NCBI RefSeq assembly: GCF_006345805.1
Contig: NC_043011.1
Location: 20,224,464-20,288,463, forward strand
Source of the DNA: Octopus sinensis
Taxonomy: Eukaryota
Direction: 5' to 3'
DNA: 64,000 bases
Shown: positions 1-13,000 of the stretch, in pieces
How positions within the stretch are numbered: the stretch's first letter is position 1
Layout: each line of letters starts with the position of its first letter
Made by a program: the position numbers and the translations under genes
Notes under the pieces: generated by a model
Seen by the model: only the letters and a program-made list of their open reading frames with translations
Databases searched by the model: none
Told to the model about the DNA's origin: nothing

Positions 1-60
1 TATATATATATGTGTGTGTGTATGTATGTATATATATATGTATATTCTTGACATTGATAG

Positions 61-770
61 CATGTCTTCAAAGACCACAGGTGGATAGAATTAGTTGCTT
101 CTACTTCAGTCAACAGTGAATGACAAAGAGCGTAGTTTTAGAAAGAAAGCTGATTTTATTGCATAAAGCAAATGGTGTTACAGTAGCATTTAACTACTAT
201 TGATTTTGCTGTTTTTTCCAATATTCTTGATTGGAGATTTCATTTCCCTGTGGTTCATATGCCAGATGCAACAGAATTTTTTTTTCAAACTAGACCTGCC
301 ATAGTAGTGTACGGACAACAACACATCCAGAATTAGTAATTTTCTGAAAAAAGTGCCACAAGGATCTGTTATGTATCATACTTTTTAACCTATACTAGCA
401 GGACATTCCAGAATATCTTAAAGCATCTTTAGTAATAGCATGCCATTTACATTGCCATTGTCATGACTATTTCATCAGCATGTTAACTCTGATTTTTAAA
501 AATATCTTTAGATACCACCTATCAACCCATGATCTTGTAGTCATCACCAAAATTTACACGCGTGTAAGACGAGAACTTTAACGAAGACTTTACATGGTTG
601 TTTTACTTACAAGATGCATCAGCCAAGCTTCCCTCAAATAACGCTGTATTGTCTTAGAAAAGAACTCATTGATCAAACATAGCTCTTGATATAATCGGTT
701 GAGGAAGTCATAGCTAAAACGCATTTCACAATTTGCCAAACAACGACTGATTGACCCGGAGTTACAATTC
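61..770 (-). pseudogene. Highly decayed hAT/ZMYM-type (DUF4371-like) transposase relic
   Basis: Manual minus-strand translation gives TGK*NLQSRILEKTAKSIVVKCYC, resembling the hAT segment GK.NG.Q.RI.E..P.A.YVHC. There are many stops; similarity judged from memory only. Confidence 0.3.
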
Positions 771-863
771 AACAGGGTTACTAGTGGGTCACTAAGTATT
801 CGCTCAAACTGCTAAAAACTGCTAGCTAAGCCCCTGCAAATCCAACCAAACTATCTTTAAAAA

Positions 864-1050
864 GGGAGAGTTTACGAAAGAACAAAAGACGAAGACAGGT
901 GGTGTACAAAACAAACAGATGTGTTAGTATAACCCTCAGGAATAGAAAAAGCCTTTTACGTTTCGAACCTACGCTCTTCTACAGAAAGGTATACAGAAAA
1001 AAACAAGGAGAGAAAAACAAATGTGTGTAGTGGCTAACGATCTACCATGA
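864..1050 (-). mobile_element. Hammerhead-bearing short non-autonomous element, family A, copy 1
   Basis: ~150-190 bp sequence recurring at 5638, 13925, 35775 and 36148. Minus strand 953-988 reads CUUU-CUGUAGA-A-GAGC-GUAG-GUUC-GAAAC-GUA-AAAG. Confidence 0.75.
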
Positions 1051-1397
1051 AAGCATGTTGGGCTATAGTTCCCGAATACAGAATGTCTGAAAACACGAAA
1101 GAAAAGATGGACTGGTCGTGGCTGGAAAACTTTTGTTAAATCTACTGAGTCAAACCTGACCTAGGGCTCAAAAATAGCAAAACTAAAATGCAAAAATGAC
1201 TTGGGCAAAACAAAGAGTAAAGTGTCTTAGCCGTTGCGCTACATGATTACCAGCTGTGTTTTGAAATGTGAGTATTGTAAGGCTACATGGAATTATGGTT
1301 TACCTCAGTATTTCCCAACACCCCTATGATGAAGAGATGGATCGAGCAATACCGCTCCTTCTATTTTTCATTGTGATATTACATTGAATACATTGAA

Positions 1398-2003
1398 TGA
1401 CGAGCTGGAAGAAACGTTAGCACGCCGGGCGAAATGCTTAGCGGTATTTAGTCTGCCGCTACGTTCTGAGTTCAAATTCCGCCGATGTCGACTTTGCCTT
1501 TCATCCTTTCGGGGTCGATAAATTAAGTACCAGTTACGAACTGGGGTCGATGTAATCGACTTAATTCCTATGTCTGTCCTTGTTTGTCCCCTCTATGTTT
1601 AGCACCTTGTGGGTAATGAAGAGATAGAAATAGGTATTTAGTCTGCCGCTACGTTCTGAGTTCAAATTCCAACGAGGTCGACTTTGCCTGTCATCCTTTC
1701 GGGGTCGATTAAAATAAGTACCAGTTACGCACTGGGGTCGATATAATCGACTTAATCCGTTTGTCTGTCCTTGTTTGTCCTCGCTGTGTTTAGTCCCTTG
1801 TGGGTAGTAAAGAAATGGGTATTTCGTCTGCTGTTACGTTCTGAGTTCAAATTCCGCCGAGGTGTACTTTGATTTTTATCCTTTCAGGGTCGATAAATTA
1901 AATATCGGTTACGCACTGGGTTCGATGTAATCGACTTAATCCCTTTGTCTGTCCTTGTTTGTCCCCTCTATGCTTAGCCCTTTGTAGGCAATAAAGAAAT
2001 AAG
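1398..2003 (+). mobile_element. tRNA-derived SINE family S2: one headed copy followed by two head-truncated tandem units
   Basis: Box-B-like GAGTTCAAATTCC, central GCCTTTCATCCTTTCGGGGTCGATAAA segment (resembles the MetaSINE-type central domain, from memory) and ...GTGGGYARTAAAGAAAT tail. Units start near 1445, 1634 and 1819. Confidence 0.85.
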
Positions 2004-2648
2004 CATCTATTGAAAGGAACTTCAGTAACTCCAGGTTAGTCAACATTCGTATATCCAAAATAAAACATTTGTGGTTTACACCAGGCCTTTCATTTGACTG
2101 GCTGTTTGTCTCGTGCCTGTTCGATCAGAGATAATCAAAGGTTATACAGTAACAATAGCACCACCAGATAACTTCAGATAAGAGCTGCAACACAAAGGCA
2201 CCAATTAATTAAACTAACATACGTAATCCTTAAATAGATTAACCCGCCCACATAGAAATACGTGTGCGATTGAAGTTTTAAGCGGGAGATGATTATATGC
2301 TTCTATAAGCACACGAACTGGAATATGCCCTTTAGCTTTACTAACAAGACATTTTACCAGAGAATATGAGCGCTATAACATAAAAATAGTTAATAACGTA
2401 GTCGCTTGTTCAAACAAATTTATATGATAGATCTTATATAATATTACATTTATCATTTTATTTCTATTATATTATGTTATATTATGAGTACATATATGAG
2501 CATATATCTGTGTGTGTGTGTGTGTGTGTTAAGAACGTGTGTGCGTGTTTGTATTGTGTGTATAATTCATATATTTTTTTCTATTTTATTAACATGTCAA
2601 TGTGTCTTACGTATTACCAAACACTTCATAGTTATTTTACCCATTAAT

Positions 2649-2655
2649 ATGTATG

Positions 2656-2731
<76 letters not shown>

Positions 2732-2786
2732 GGATATGCATACACGTACATATATAACATATATATATATACATATATGTATATAC

Positions 2787-2842
<56 letters not shown>

Positions 2843-2888
2843 CTATATATATATACATATATATATATATCTATATATATATATATAC

Positions 2889-2966
<78 letters not shown>

Positions 2967-3000
2967 GTATGTATTTATGTGTGTGTATGTGCGTGTGTAT
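2649..3000. repeat. (TA)n/(GA)n/(TATG)n compound microsatellite
   Basis: Directly visible; source of the YI-repeat pseudo-ORFs. Confidence 0.95.
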
Positions 3001-5037
3001 TCTAATCTAACAATAGCAAAGGTAATCTATTTTATACGAATACAGGCTTCCATCAAATTGTTTTATTGTTTTCACTTGTTTTATTCCGTTTTATTTTTGC
3101 TTTCGTCCTTTATGCTTTTGTACCTTTATATTTGTTCATACTCTAATCGAATGACGACATTCTTTTTGTAATGTTTCATTTTGACGTCAGAACAAACTTT
3201 CACCAACACCACAACCACCAACACCACCACCTCTACACACACACACACACTCACATGCATACATTCGCATGCACAAATGCAATAGATACACACACATACA
3301 TTGCTATATCCCATATTTCTCACTTATACTTCTATATCACTTGAAATTCTGGCTCATTAATTGACAGAATTCCATGAGTTTGCTACCAAAGAAAAGAAAA
3401 TAGCTCCATCTTGTACGTTGGTTTCCTTAGTGTTGTTGTTGCTATTTTTGTAGTTTTGTTGCTATTTTTGTTGTTGTTATTGTTTTTGTTGTTGATGATG
3501 ATGATTCTATGTTGTGTGTGTGAGTGTGTGTGTGTGTTATATTTCTGCTATTTTTCATCAACTCAATGTTCGTTAATTTTTTTATGCTTTGTTTTTATTT
3601 CCTCTTATTTTATTTCGTTTTTTTTCCATTATCCTTTTTCACTTCAGTTATATTTTCAATTAAGATATTTTTATATTCACCATCATCATCATCATCATCA
3701 TCATCACCATCGTAATCATTTTAATTCGTATCATCATTATTATTTTTATTACAGGGTAGTATTGTTACTAATATTATTATTATCATTGTTGTTGTTGTTG
3801 CTGTTTATTATTATTACTAGTATTATTACAATCATTATAAATTGTTGTTGTATTTGTTGTTACTATTATTTATTAATTCATTATATTCTGCCACCTTTCT
3901 TTTCGTTATTTAGTTATTGTCTAAACCATTTCTTTATGTCTAAACCTAATTACATTCAATTCGATTGTTTAATGTTGTTATTTGGTATGTATTTTATCGT
4001 AATTTTTTAATATTTTTTATTTTCATTTTTTCCTTTTTTATATTGTTTTCCTGTACAGGTGTGGGAGTGTCTTTACTTGTATTTTCGTATTTTTCGTATC
4101 CTCATCTTATTCATTTTATTATTTCTTTACGTCCGATATTTCTTTCCATCTTGCATTTCTCTATCCTTCTTGCTGTCTCCTTCTCTCTTTCCGCTCTCTC
4201 TCTCTCTCTTTCTATCTCTCCCTCGTTCTCTATCAATTTATGTGTCTACCTCACCCTGTTTCTCTCACTTCCATACTTTACGTCTTCATTTTTTCCCCTT
4301 TGTTTCATTAATATACATGTATATTAATGATGAGTGCAGTATTCCATAAAATCATTCCTTTTTTTTATCGTTATCGATATGAATATGTGCGTTCGTTAAT
4401 TGATGTGTTTGTGTCAGTTTGTGTGTACAAATGTGCATATATACCCATACAAGTACACACACACACGCACATTCATAAACGCCAATAGAAACACATACTC
4501 ACAAATACACATGTACCTATGTGAATTTGTACTGCATGTTATGCATCTATCTGTGCATATGTATATGTGTCTATCTATCATGTATTTGAAAGAATACATG
4601 CAAATGTATAAGTAGTATATATATATACACACTATTACATATATGTATGTGTGAGTGTGTGTGTGTGTGTGTGGAAAGAGAGAGAGAGAGGAGAGGAAGG
4701 AAGTAAGAGAGATGAAGAAACAGAGACGGAAAGAGAATAGTGTTTATATATGTATGCGTGTATATGAATGTAATTATAAATACTTATATGCATAGATTAT
4801 GGGTATATGTGTATTTGTGTGTGTGTGTGTGTGTCTGTGTGCGTGTGTGTGTATGTGTGTACGTGTGTGTATTTGTGCGCACGTGTCTATACTATGTAGG
4901 AATTCCATTAGGCTTATATATGAGTGTGTATACTCATGTATGCATATATATATATATATATATATGTAAATATATGTATAAATATATTTGTAAATATATG
5001 TATAAATATATTTGTAAATATATGTATAAATATATTG

Positions 5038-5096
<59 letters not shown>

Positions 5097-5526
5097 GCAT
5101 ATGTTAACACACACATGTACATGAATATATGCATTTATGTATGCATGTTATGTGTTAATGAAACACGTTTGCTTTTATCTGGGTAAATTTCATTTATTAT
5201 CTTTAACTTTGCATCTTAATTCAATACCTTACTCGTGTTTACAAATTCTGGTTAGTAGCGTTCTCTTAATATCCGTTTATTATAATTCTACTTCCGGGAT
5301 TATTACCGAGCCTGTATAATGTGTTTGGTATTTTGTTATTTGAATAAAGTTACTATTTTAAAATGTAGTGACAATGTCCATTAAAGGAGATATTCTAGCC
5401 GTGACTAAACATTTTCGTGCGTATAGACATGTTGAGCTCATTTTCTGATACAAGTCAGACGTATGTGGTTACATTCATATATGTATGCAATTTTATATAT
5501 ATATGTATACATATATATATATATAA

Positions 5527-5557
<31 letters not shown>

Positions 5558-5580
5558 AATAAACAAACACACACACACAT

Positions 5581-5636
<56 letters not shown>

Positions 5637-5637
5637 T

Positions 5638-5787
5638 GAGTTTACGAAAAAAAACAAAGACGAAGACAGGTGGTGTACAAAACAAACAGTTGTATTAGTA
5701 TAACGCTCAGGAATAGAAAAAGTCTTTTACGTTTCGAGCCTACGCTCTTCTACAGAAAGGGACACAGAAAAAACAAGGAGAGAAAAA

Positions 5788-5788
<1 letters not shown>
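5638..5788 (-). mobile_element. Hammerhead-bearing element family A, copy 2
   Basis: Minus 5724-5759: CUUU-CUGUAGA-A-GAGC-GUAG-GCUC-GAAAC-GUA-AAAG. Flanked by (TA)n(GA)n on the left and (TA)n on the right. Confidence 0.8.
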
Positions 5789-5832
<44 letters not shown>

Positions 5833-5836
<4 letters not shown>

Positions 5837-6930
5837 GCATGTCTCTTCTCGCCACACTTAAAACACCTCGGTCTTCGACATTCCACCGAAACACGGGTAC
5901 ATAGTCCCTCCCCTATAAACATTCGATCTGGCTTTGATTTCAGAACTTCATTTGGGGCCTGTACGGCAATTTACAGGGTTTGGCCTTTCCAATTAATGGT
6001 CTCCCTCCTTCTCATTTGTAGTATAGTTATTTCCTCTTCGGCGCCATAGAACCGCAGCCATAGAACCGCAGCGGCCAAACATGACGCCTCGTACCTGGTT
6101 GGTATTTCCTCTCTTGTGATTTTTGCTATCCACCTTCCTAAATATGTCAGAAGAAGGATTATTTCGTCGTTCCTTAATGTTTGAGTTGATATCTGCTTTG
6201 CCGTTCCGGTATCTTTAAAATGCGCCTACACTGTAGAGCTTCTTACTCCTTTTCCTATGTACGCGATTTTGTCCCATATAGGCGCCAGACACTTTTCCGC
6301 TGTTTCATTTTTTGTAGGCATTATTTTCTTTTCCGTTTTACTGTAAATTTTATAGACCACCATTTTTGGTGCCAGGCTTTGTATAGTCTCTGGTGGGGGC
6401 AAGAGTTTAGTGTCACTTCCCGTCCTCTATATAAGATTTCTGAACTTAATTGTTCCTTTGTAACATTCATATCTATAAAGTTGCCTCCAACGGCTGCTGA
6501 AAAACTCGGTTTTTCACTTTCATTTTCTTCAACACCTCCCTGCATTGAGGGGAAATCCTTCTTTGGTTTTAAATAAAATTCCATTTTTTTACACAATATT
6601 GTCTTTACAGACAACAACGTAGAAAAAATACACCTTCTGTCACAAATGACAAAAGTAGGAAAAAATATTTCACCCTGTACTGAGCAAAGTTCGCAATAAT
6701 TAATTGACAACAATTTTCCGCACCGTAGGGCGAAAAACCGTCGAAACGATGTCAAAAGTTCGATTCAAACAGGAATCCACACAACAGCATACAGTACAAT
6801 AATTAACAAAAATCACCAAGAGAAAAATAAGATTCACACTAACAAAGATTCCAGCAGCAAACGATGTGGCGAAGAGGGCAACTCTGAACGAACATAATAA
6901 AGTTGTAGCTTTAATTATGATTCAGTCAAC
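5833..6930 (-). mobile_element. 5' end and decayed ORF1 (gag-like, zinc knuckle) of a Tx1/L1-clade LINE
   Basis: Minus translation ends ...RVSVECRRPRCFKCGEKRH (CX2CX4H, cut by (TA)n), matching VVVEGRRPRCYTCGSEAHLKKEC in ORF1 of the 54.7-60.9 kb element. The terminal motif (gcaactct...aataaagt.gtagcttta) recurs at ~7215-7250. Confidence 0.7.
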
Positions 6931-7619
6931 ACGCTGACTGATTTGTGCTAGTAGATGACCCACCGAGGTAAATAACGAAGCGTTAGCGCGAAGCAGTGCT
7001 TAGATATGAGCACAATTTAGGCTAGTTGAAATATTTTTGTCGCTTATTTCAACAACTAAAAAGCAAATACACTGCAGTTACTGTGAAGAAAAAATCTCTC
7101 ATGATAAAATGGTGTGAAAACACCCAGTCCGTTCAGAGTCGCCATCTATTAAGAAACCCCGACATCGATGTTTCGAGTTTTTTTTTTAGATGTACCTAAG
7201 ATGTACCTAAGAGAAGCAACTCTAAGTGAACTTAATAAAGTCGTAGCTTTATATATATTAAATAAGTAACAAAATGGGTTTGGTATTAAACTTCCTTCTA
7301 CACAACCTTCGTTTCTACCCGTCCTGCTATTGTGCTTTATTGGTAGAATTCTGTTCAAAATTTTGTGTCGCATCCATTTTGGAGTCTGCATCTCACAGGT
7401 ACATCCAGAAAGTTGTGCCTTACTAAAGTGTGTCGGCTGCCATGTTGTTATATGCCCGTCTAATTAGGGAATGAATAAAAGGCAAACAAGACTGCAGATA
7501 CGCAAAAATTCAAATATGACTCTCTGCTTTCTTTAGATAGAATGACCTTATCAGCTTTCACTTCCATAACTGCTTAGACTCTAAGCCTTAGAGGAAGAAG
7601 AAAGTAAAAGAAGAAAGAA

Positions 7620-9520
7620 GACAGGAAAACGGAGAACCGGAAGACGATTTCATTTTTTATTCACCATTAATGGTTACGCGAAGAGGGGACACACAAGGGG
7701 TCAGGAGGATTCGCAAAAGAAATGATAAACGAGGTGTAAAATTTATGATAATATAAAATATAATGGATGATAATAAAGTGAGGGACGAGTGTGACCCCAC
7801 AAACCACGTTCTACTACTGAACCTTTTATGATCGTTTTTGTTCTCCCTTAAGCAGACACATCCATTCCCAACATGCTTGCCACTTCTTCCATCTTTTCTC
7901 ATATATACTGAGTGGGAAGCATCACCTCTCCAGCCTTATTTTTCTTTTAAGGTGGAAAACAAAAAAGTTTACCAAAGTAAGGCTTGAGATGAAGACGCCT
8001 GTCACTACTCCTTTCATGCATGTTCACCCAACTTCTTTTGCCATAGCCACTACAAAGAGAAAATAAACCTTCTCTTCACTGTTCAGAGTGGAACAATCTT
8101 TATTATTGACTTTGAAAACAGTTGTAATCTTTTCAAACGTGACAGCAGTTGTTTGACATAAACACACAATTCCGCAAGTTTCAGACAATGCACAGTTGCG
8201 TGCAGAACAGTTTTACAACTCTGCTCGCATTTGGGGCAAGTAGGCGAGAATGAAGAACCTGGTAAGTCTCCTCGGTAACATTACCAAGCCAGGGATATTT
8301 GGAAGTTATCCAAAGGCCCCGGCCCAAATGTTTTGCGGAACAGGCCGGAGAGTTTTCCGTCATCGAAGCCTAGGGTTTTCCCTATGGCGTCGTCACACTT
8401 GGCCTCTACCAATCCTCTACAGAATGACAAGGTGGAACCCACGCCGCTGGCATTACCCATCTGGAACAGAAGTGCGAGTGCCTGATGATACTCGGCTTGC
8501 CATGCTCCCAACTTTGGTCCACGCTTAATCTGCTTAATCCTAGGTTCCAGTTCACCGAAACTATTGAACCGAGGAAGTAACAGTTTGATGAACGGAGACC
8601 CACTCGCTCACCATCCAAGTAGAGCCAAAGATGCCTCAGCCTCAGTGCATGCCTGCTTATCATTAGCTACGTCATCCCTAGTCCACCTTTTAGCAGTTGT
8701 TGGCAGCAAATACTGCGCCTTACAAGGTCCTTTGTCCTTCCGCAAAATGTGGTAAAGAAATTGTTCCAACTTGTTTAGCCATGAATCGGGGCAAGGCACG
8801 ACGATTAGGCGGTAAGTGATCACAGATGCGATAACCACATTTACGACCTCCGCTATCCCTTTTTGGAATAGCCACCGCTCAGACCAGGTCTGGGTTAGAT
8901 GGGTCACCCTGCTCGTAACCTTTCTCTAGTTCTTCTCTATCTGGAGATCTGAACCGAACAAAACCCCAAGAATTTTAAGCGGACCGTCCATCCAATGACC
9001 GACGACACTGTTACGCGGGATCAACTTGTCTTTCCAGGTGCCGAGCTGCAAGCCGACCGACTCTCCCGATTAATCTTTGCTTCTGCTACGGCTTCATAAT
9101 CCTTAACAGCCTCACCTACCCACTGTAGATACTGGACCTCGGATTCGATGACGGTGATGTCATCCAAATACGCTGTAACTGATCTCCCACATCCTAGTTC
9201 TCGCAGGATGTCCCCCATACCCTTCAGTTCCCACAGTAAAGGCTCAGGAGCCAATACATACAGCAGGAGTGAGAGGACATTCTTCACAGACCGAGTTCTC
9301 GATGCAGAACGGTCCCGAGAAGATACTGTTCACCTGAACTTTCGATTTGATGTCGCTATATAAAGCAGTGATCCATCCAGGGAAGGTCGGGCCAAACCCG
9401 GACGTCTCGAGGACCGCCGGCAGATACCGACGGTCAAACATACCAAATGCTTTAGCTTGGTCTGAACGGACTAATGCTCCGCCGTTGCCAGGAAGTCTAT
9501 TTACCCTCCTGCGGTATAGC
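7620..9520 (-). mobile_element. 5'-truncated, decayed Tx1/L1-clade LINE (RT, C-terminal region, 3' UTR)
   Basis: ORF fragments FDRRYLPAVLETSGFGPTFPGWITALYS and LLLYVLAPEPLL...TAYLDDITV (YLDD at 9159-9170) are homologous to the RT at 56.3-56.8 kb. The 3' end gtcccctct...ggtgaataaa lies near 7630-7665. Confidence 0.9.
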
Positions 9521-10211
9521 GTATGAGGTAGAGATTGCCGTGTTTAGGCTCACACAGGCACACGCACATTTATATCCTACATACACACTCATACGCCCAC
9601 TAACGCACTTGTCTATGTATACATATATATATATATATATATTTACACAGATACACACTTCACTGTATCTCGTTCATTTTTTTCACGCCCCTTCTTAATT
9701 CTTCTATCCTTCTGCTTCTACCTCTTTCTCTCTTCTCTCCCCAAGGGACAGGTGTTCGGCCAGGCCTGATCTTTCTTTCTTGGTTCGACTACCATCCGTA
9801 CAACATCAATATTCCTCCCTGTGCCTGCCGTAAGGCTTTACTTCCACACACGCCAGCTTAATTTAATTCGTTCTTAGTCGAAATGCACCTGTTGTAATGT
9901 CCTATTAATTACATTTGTATTTGTGTAACGTTTCTCTGGGGATTTTTCTGTCCTTGTTTTCGGATACATACGCTGCTTTCTTCCAAGGAATCTAATGCTC
10001 TTAGCTTAGTTTTTTTCTTGGGCTGGCCAGACTGGAGCAATCTCGAGTATAACCAGCCGAAATTGCAAAGATAATCTGGAACTCGACTGAGAATAGAAAA
10101 CTCCGAATGACCTGTCCTTGTTTTCTATTTATCGTCTGTCTGGGTATTTTGTTGTCCCTTTTTGTGTATCACCTAATTGTCTGGATATTTTGTGTTCCTG
10201 ACCCATTTTTG

Positions 10212-10267
<56 letters not shown>

Positions 10268-10556
10268 ATACGTACACACGCTCAAACCTACATATAACTT
10301 CCTACACTCATGGTAACACACACACACATACACAATCACAAAGAGAGGCACACGCAAACGCCTACATATACATATGCGACACATACACATACATGCGTAT
10401 AGGCAGACACGCACACATACACTCACACACAGGTAGACTTCTCCTTACTTGATATAAATACCCAAACTGACACGAAATCAGTGAATGCATTTCACTTGAA
10501 TTATTATATGTTTACAGAGGCAGAGAGTCATCGACAGCTAGCAGGCCATGCTACTC

Positions 10557-10595
10557 CAGACTGATGACGGGCAAAGACTCAGAAACTTGTCTCTG
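10557..10595 (+). ncRNA. Candidate minimal type I hammerhead ribozyme (family D, degenerate stem II)
   Basis: CAGA-CUGAUGA-CGGGCAAAGACUCA-GAAAC-UU-GUC-UCUG: canonical core, 4-bp stem I, GUC triplet, weak stem II. Confidence 0.5.
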
Positions 10596-10905
10596 AGTGC
10601 TGGCTTTTACTGGGCGGAGGCGCTTATCTCCCTCTTTGTAAACATAAGGACACGGGACAAAAAGCAGTGCTTCTTAGGGCTAAATAGCAGCAGTATTCGT
10701 CCCTTTCATGGGACTGTCACATTAAGTTGACGACTTACTACCACTTTATAGTGTTACTACTGTATAAATACTGTATCTCTCTGAGAGATTTAGAAATGTA
10801 TTATTCCTATTTTCGAGATATATATCAATATATATATATATATAAATTTGATTTAGTATTTCTAAATTGAATTCTTCCTGTAAGTTTGGAATAATATTGC
10901 CTCAT

Positions 10906-10948
<43 letters not shown>

Positions 10949-11010
10949 TATATATACATACATACATACATACATACATACATACATACATACATACATA
11001 CATACATACA

Positions 11011-11041
<31 letters not shown>

Positions 11042-12089
11042 TTATATATGTGTCTCTGTGTGTGTCTGAATATTGATTTATACGTAAATGTGTGTTTTAC
11101 TTTATAACCTTCGTACTGTTTATAAGTCACTCTCTCCTCATTCTCTGATATTATTACCTTTAAACTAATTTCCCCCTTCTCTTGAAATATTGCGTAACTG
11201 CTCTCCATAGGCATTTGTATAAAATCATACACGTTTTGGTGTATATCTTACTTTATTCATCGATACATATGTATATATGTATCAGTACGTAATGAACATG
11301 TGTGTGGGCGTGGGCGTGAGAATACATGTGTGCGTGTTTGTGTGTGCGTAAAATATATGTATATACACATATATATTTATATGCATGTCTGCGTATGGGT
11401 TTGTGTGTGAGTGTTCGTAACCATTTGTTTGTGATTTATTTATTTCCATTAGAGAATGCAAACCAGTTACTAACAAAGCAACGAGGCTCTTCTGTTTAAG
11501 TAAAGACAGCTGTTGGAGTTTGTGATTAGCTGAACTGATTGGCATGTTACAGATATACATATGTGTGTGTGTGCGTGTGCATATACGTTTGTGGAGAAAA
11601 TTATATATGTGTGTGCATCCAGGATTGTTGATAAAATTGCACAAACGTATGTGTGCGCTTCATTACTTGTTTGTGTATACATGAGTGTGTATCCGAGAGA
11701 AAGGGAGAGAGAGTTGAGGTGAGTGTGAGTTAGTTTATTATTCTTATGTGCATGTAATCGTGGGTTCAGCGAAGGAATCTCAAACTAAGATAAGAAATGT
11801 GAATGAGTTTGCTTTGACTTGGATAACCTCGGTATTTCTTGACTTATGCAAATTTGTTGGTGTACATAGACCAGAGCACCTAAGATAATGGGTGCAAATG
11901 AAAATTTATAGCCTGGATGCAAAAGTTTTAAGTCATCCATTAGTTCTCCATAATGTTCTCATGCACTTAACAGTAGTCAACCAAGCTCATTGATGAATCC
12001 GAAATAGCTGAAATGGAATGCTTGCCAGTCTTTTTAAAGGTAAGTTATGCGTCTTTGAATGATCGTGTCTTTTGTGACGTAGTTGATCA

Positions 12090-12170
12090 AATGATAGTTT
12101 GTGATTGGTAGTTTTTCGACGAGGCACATTTCAATTTCATTTGGATGATTCTGTAAACCTGTATGATTTT
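12090..12170 (+). pseudogene. Tc1/mariner transposase crumb
   Basis: gacgaggcacatttc...catttggatgattctgtaaac translates, with a frameshift, to DEAHF..HLDDSVN, like the SDEAHFHL.G.VN motif around the first catalytic Asp. Confidence 0.45.
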
Positions 12171-12275
12171 TTTTTTCAGGTGACAATATTCCAGCCAAAT
12201 CTATTTCAAATTAAATAATCTATTAAAACATGAATGGTGTGCTAATTATACATTGTGACCAATGTTAGCTACCTC

Positions 12276-13000
12276 AAACGCGTGTATAGGGCGTCGGGAT
12301 AAATTTAACAATTTGCATAAAAGAAAAAGAAAACGAAATCCCGTCCAAAATGAAAATTTTTAGAAAATTCAAAAACTATCAACACAAGTTTAGTTAAGAG
12401 TTTACTCAAACTAGCCACACCCAGCTTCCACCGGAGCCGCAAGACAGCTCCACAACGGGGTGTAAGTTCCTTACTGTGTCCCTGGGAAAATCCTGAAACA
12501 CCTTCTTGATATTGGCCACCAGTGGCTTTGGTGTTGCAGGCGGAGCGGTTAGCGCCTTTCTCAACCACGGCACACACATAATAATCCATGGAATTAAAAC
12601 ACTAGGAATTAGGAGGCCAGAAATTGGGGCTGGTGAAGTCGTTGAAATTATATGACAACCATTTCTGACTCATTCCGGGGTATGGCATGGACGCATAGCC
12701 TGTTGCCATAAATGTGGGCATCCAGCAACAACCTTCCCTAGTAGTTTCATATCATCATCTAAATTGATCCTAAGGTCCGGTTCAAAGATGTGGGGTAACA
12801 TGGTGTCACCTTCACCAGAGACACCCTAAAATTATCACAGTTTTGGTGAGGATTTGGTTTTCGTGACGTTCATGTCACGTTTTACAGCCTTTAGTGTGTT
12901 CAAAAAGCAGTGAGCAACAGTTATGATGTCGGAATTTTGATACCTGGCGCAAATTATCGTGATATAGAAACTCTTTCCTAATATTCAGATGGCATCCAAT
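12276..13000 (-). mobile_element. Internally deleted Tc1/mariner (maT/DD37D-like) transposon relic
   Basis: Minus translation WQQ..PCHT..SQKWLS..NDFTSPNFWPPNS.CFNSMDYYVCAVVEK..NRSACNTKA, typical of the C-terminal catalytic region. TIR-like end tatagggcgtcgggataaatt at ~12276. Confidence 0.75.

Noticed and set aside
2484-5186. Many 60-200 aa ORFs rich in YI, VC, HT, LS or poly-L/H
   Set aside because: Translations of (TA)n, (TG)n, (CT)n and trinucleotide repeats; no protein-like complexity. The same applies to similar ORFs across the window, e.g. 45890-46732 and 63444-63927.
9940-10200. GGCUGG...CCAGCC-GAAAUUGC motif suggesting a hammerhead
   Set aside because: No CUGANGA precedes the putative stem II; stems cannot be closed consistently.
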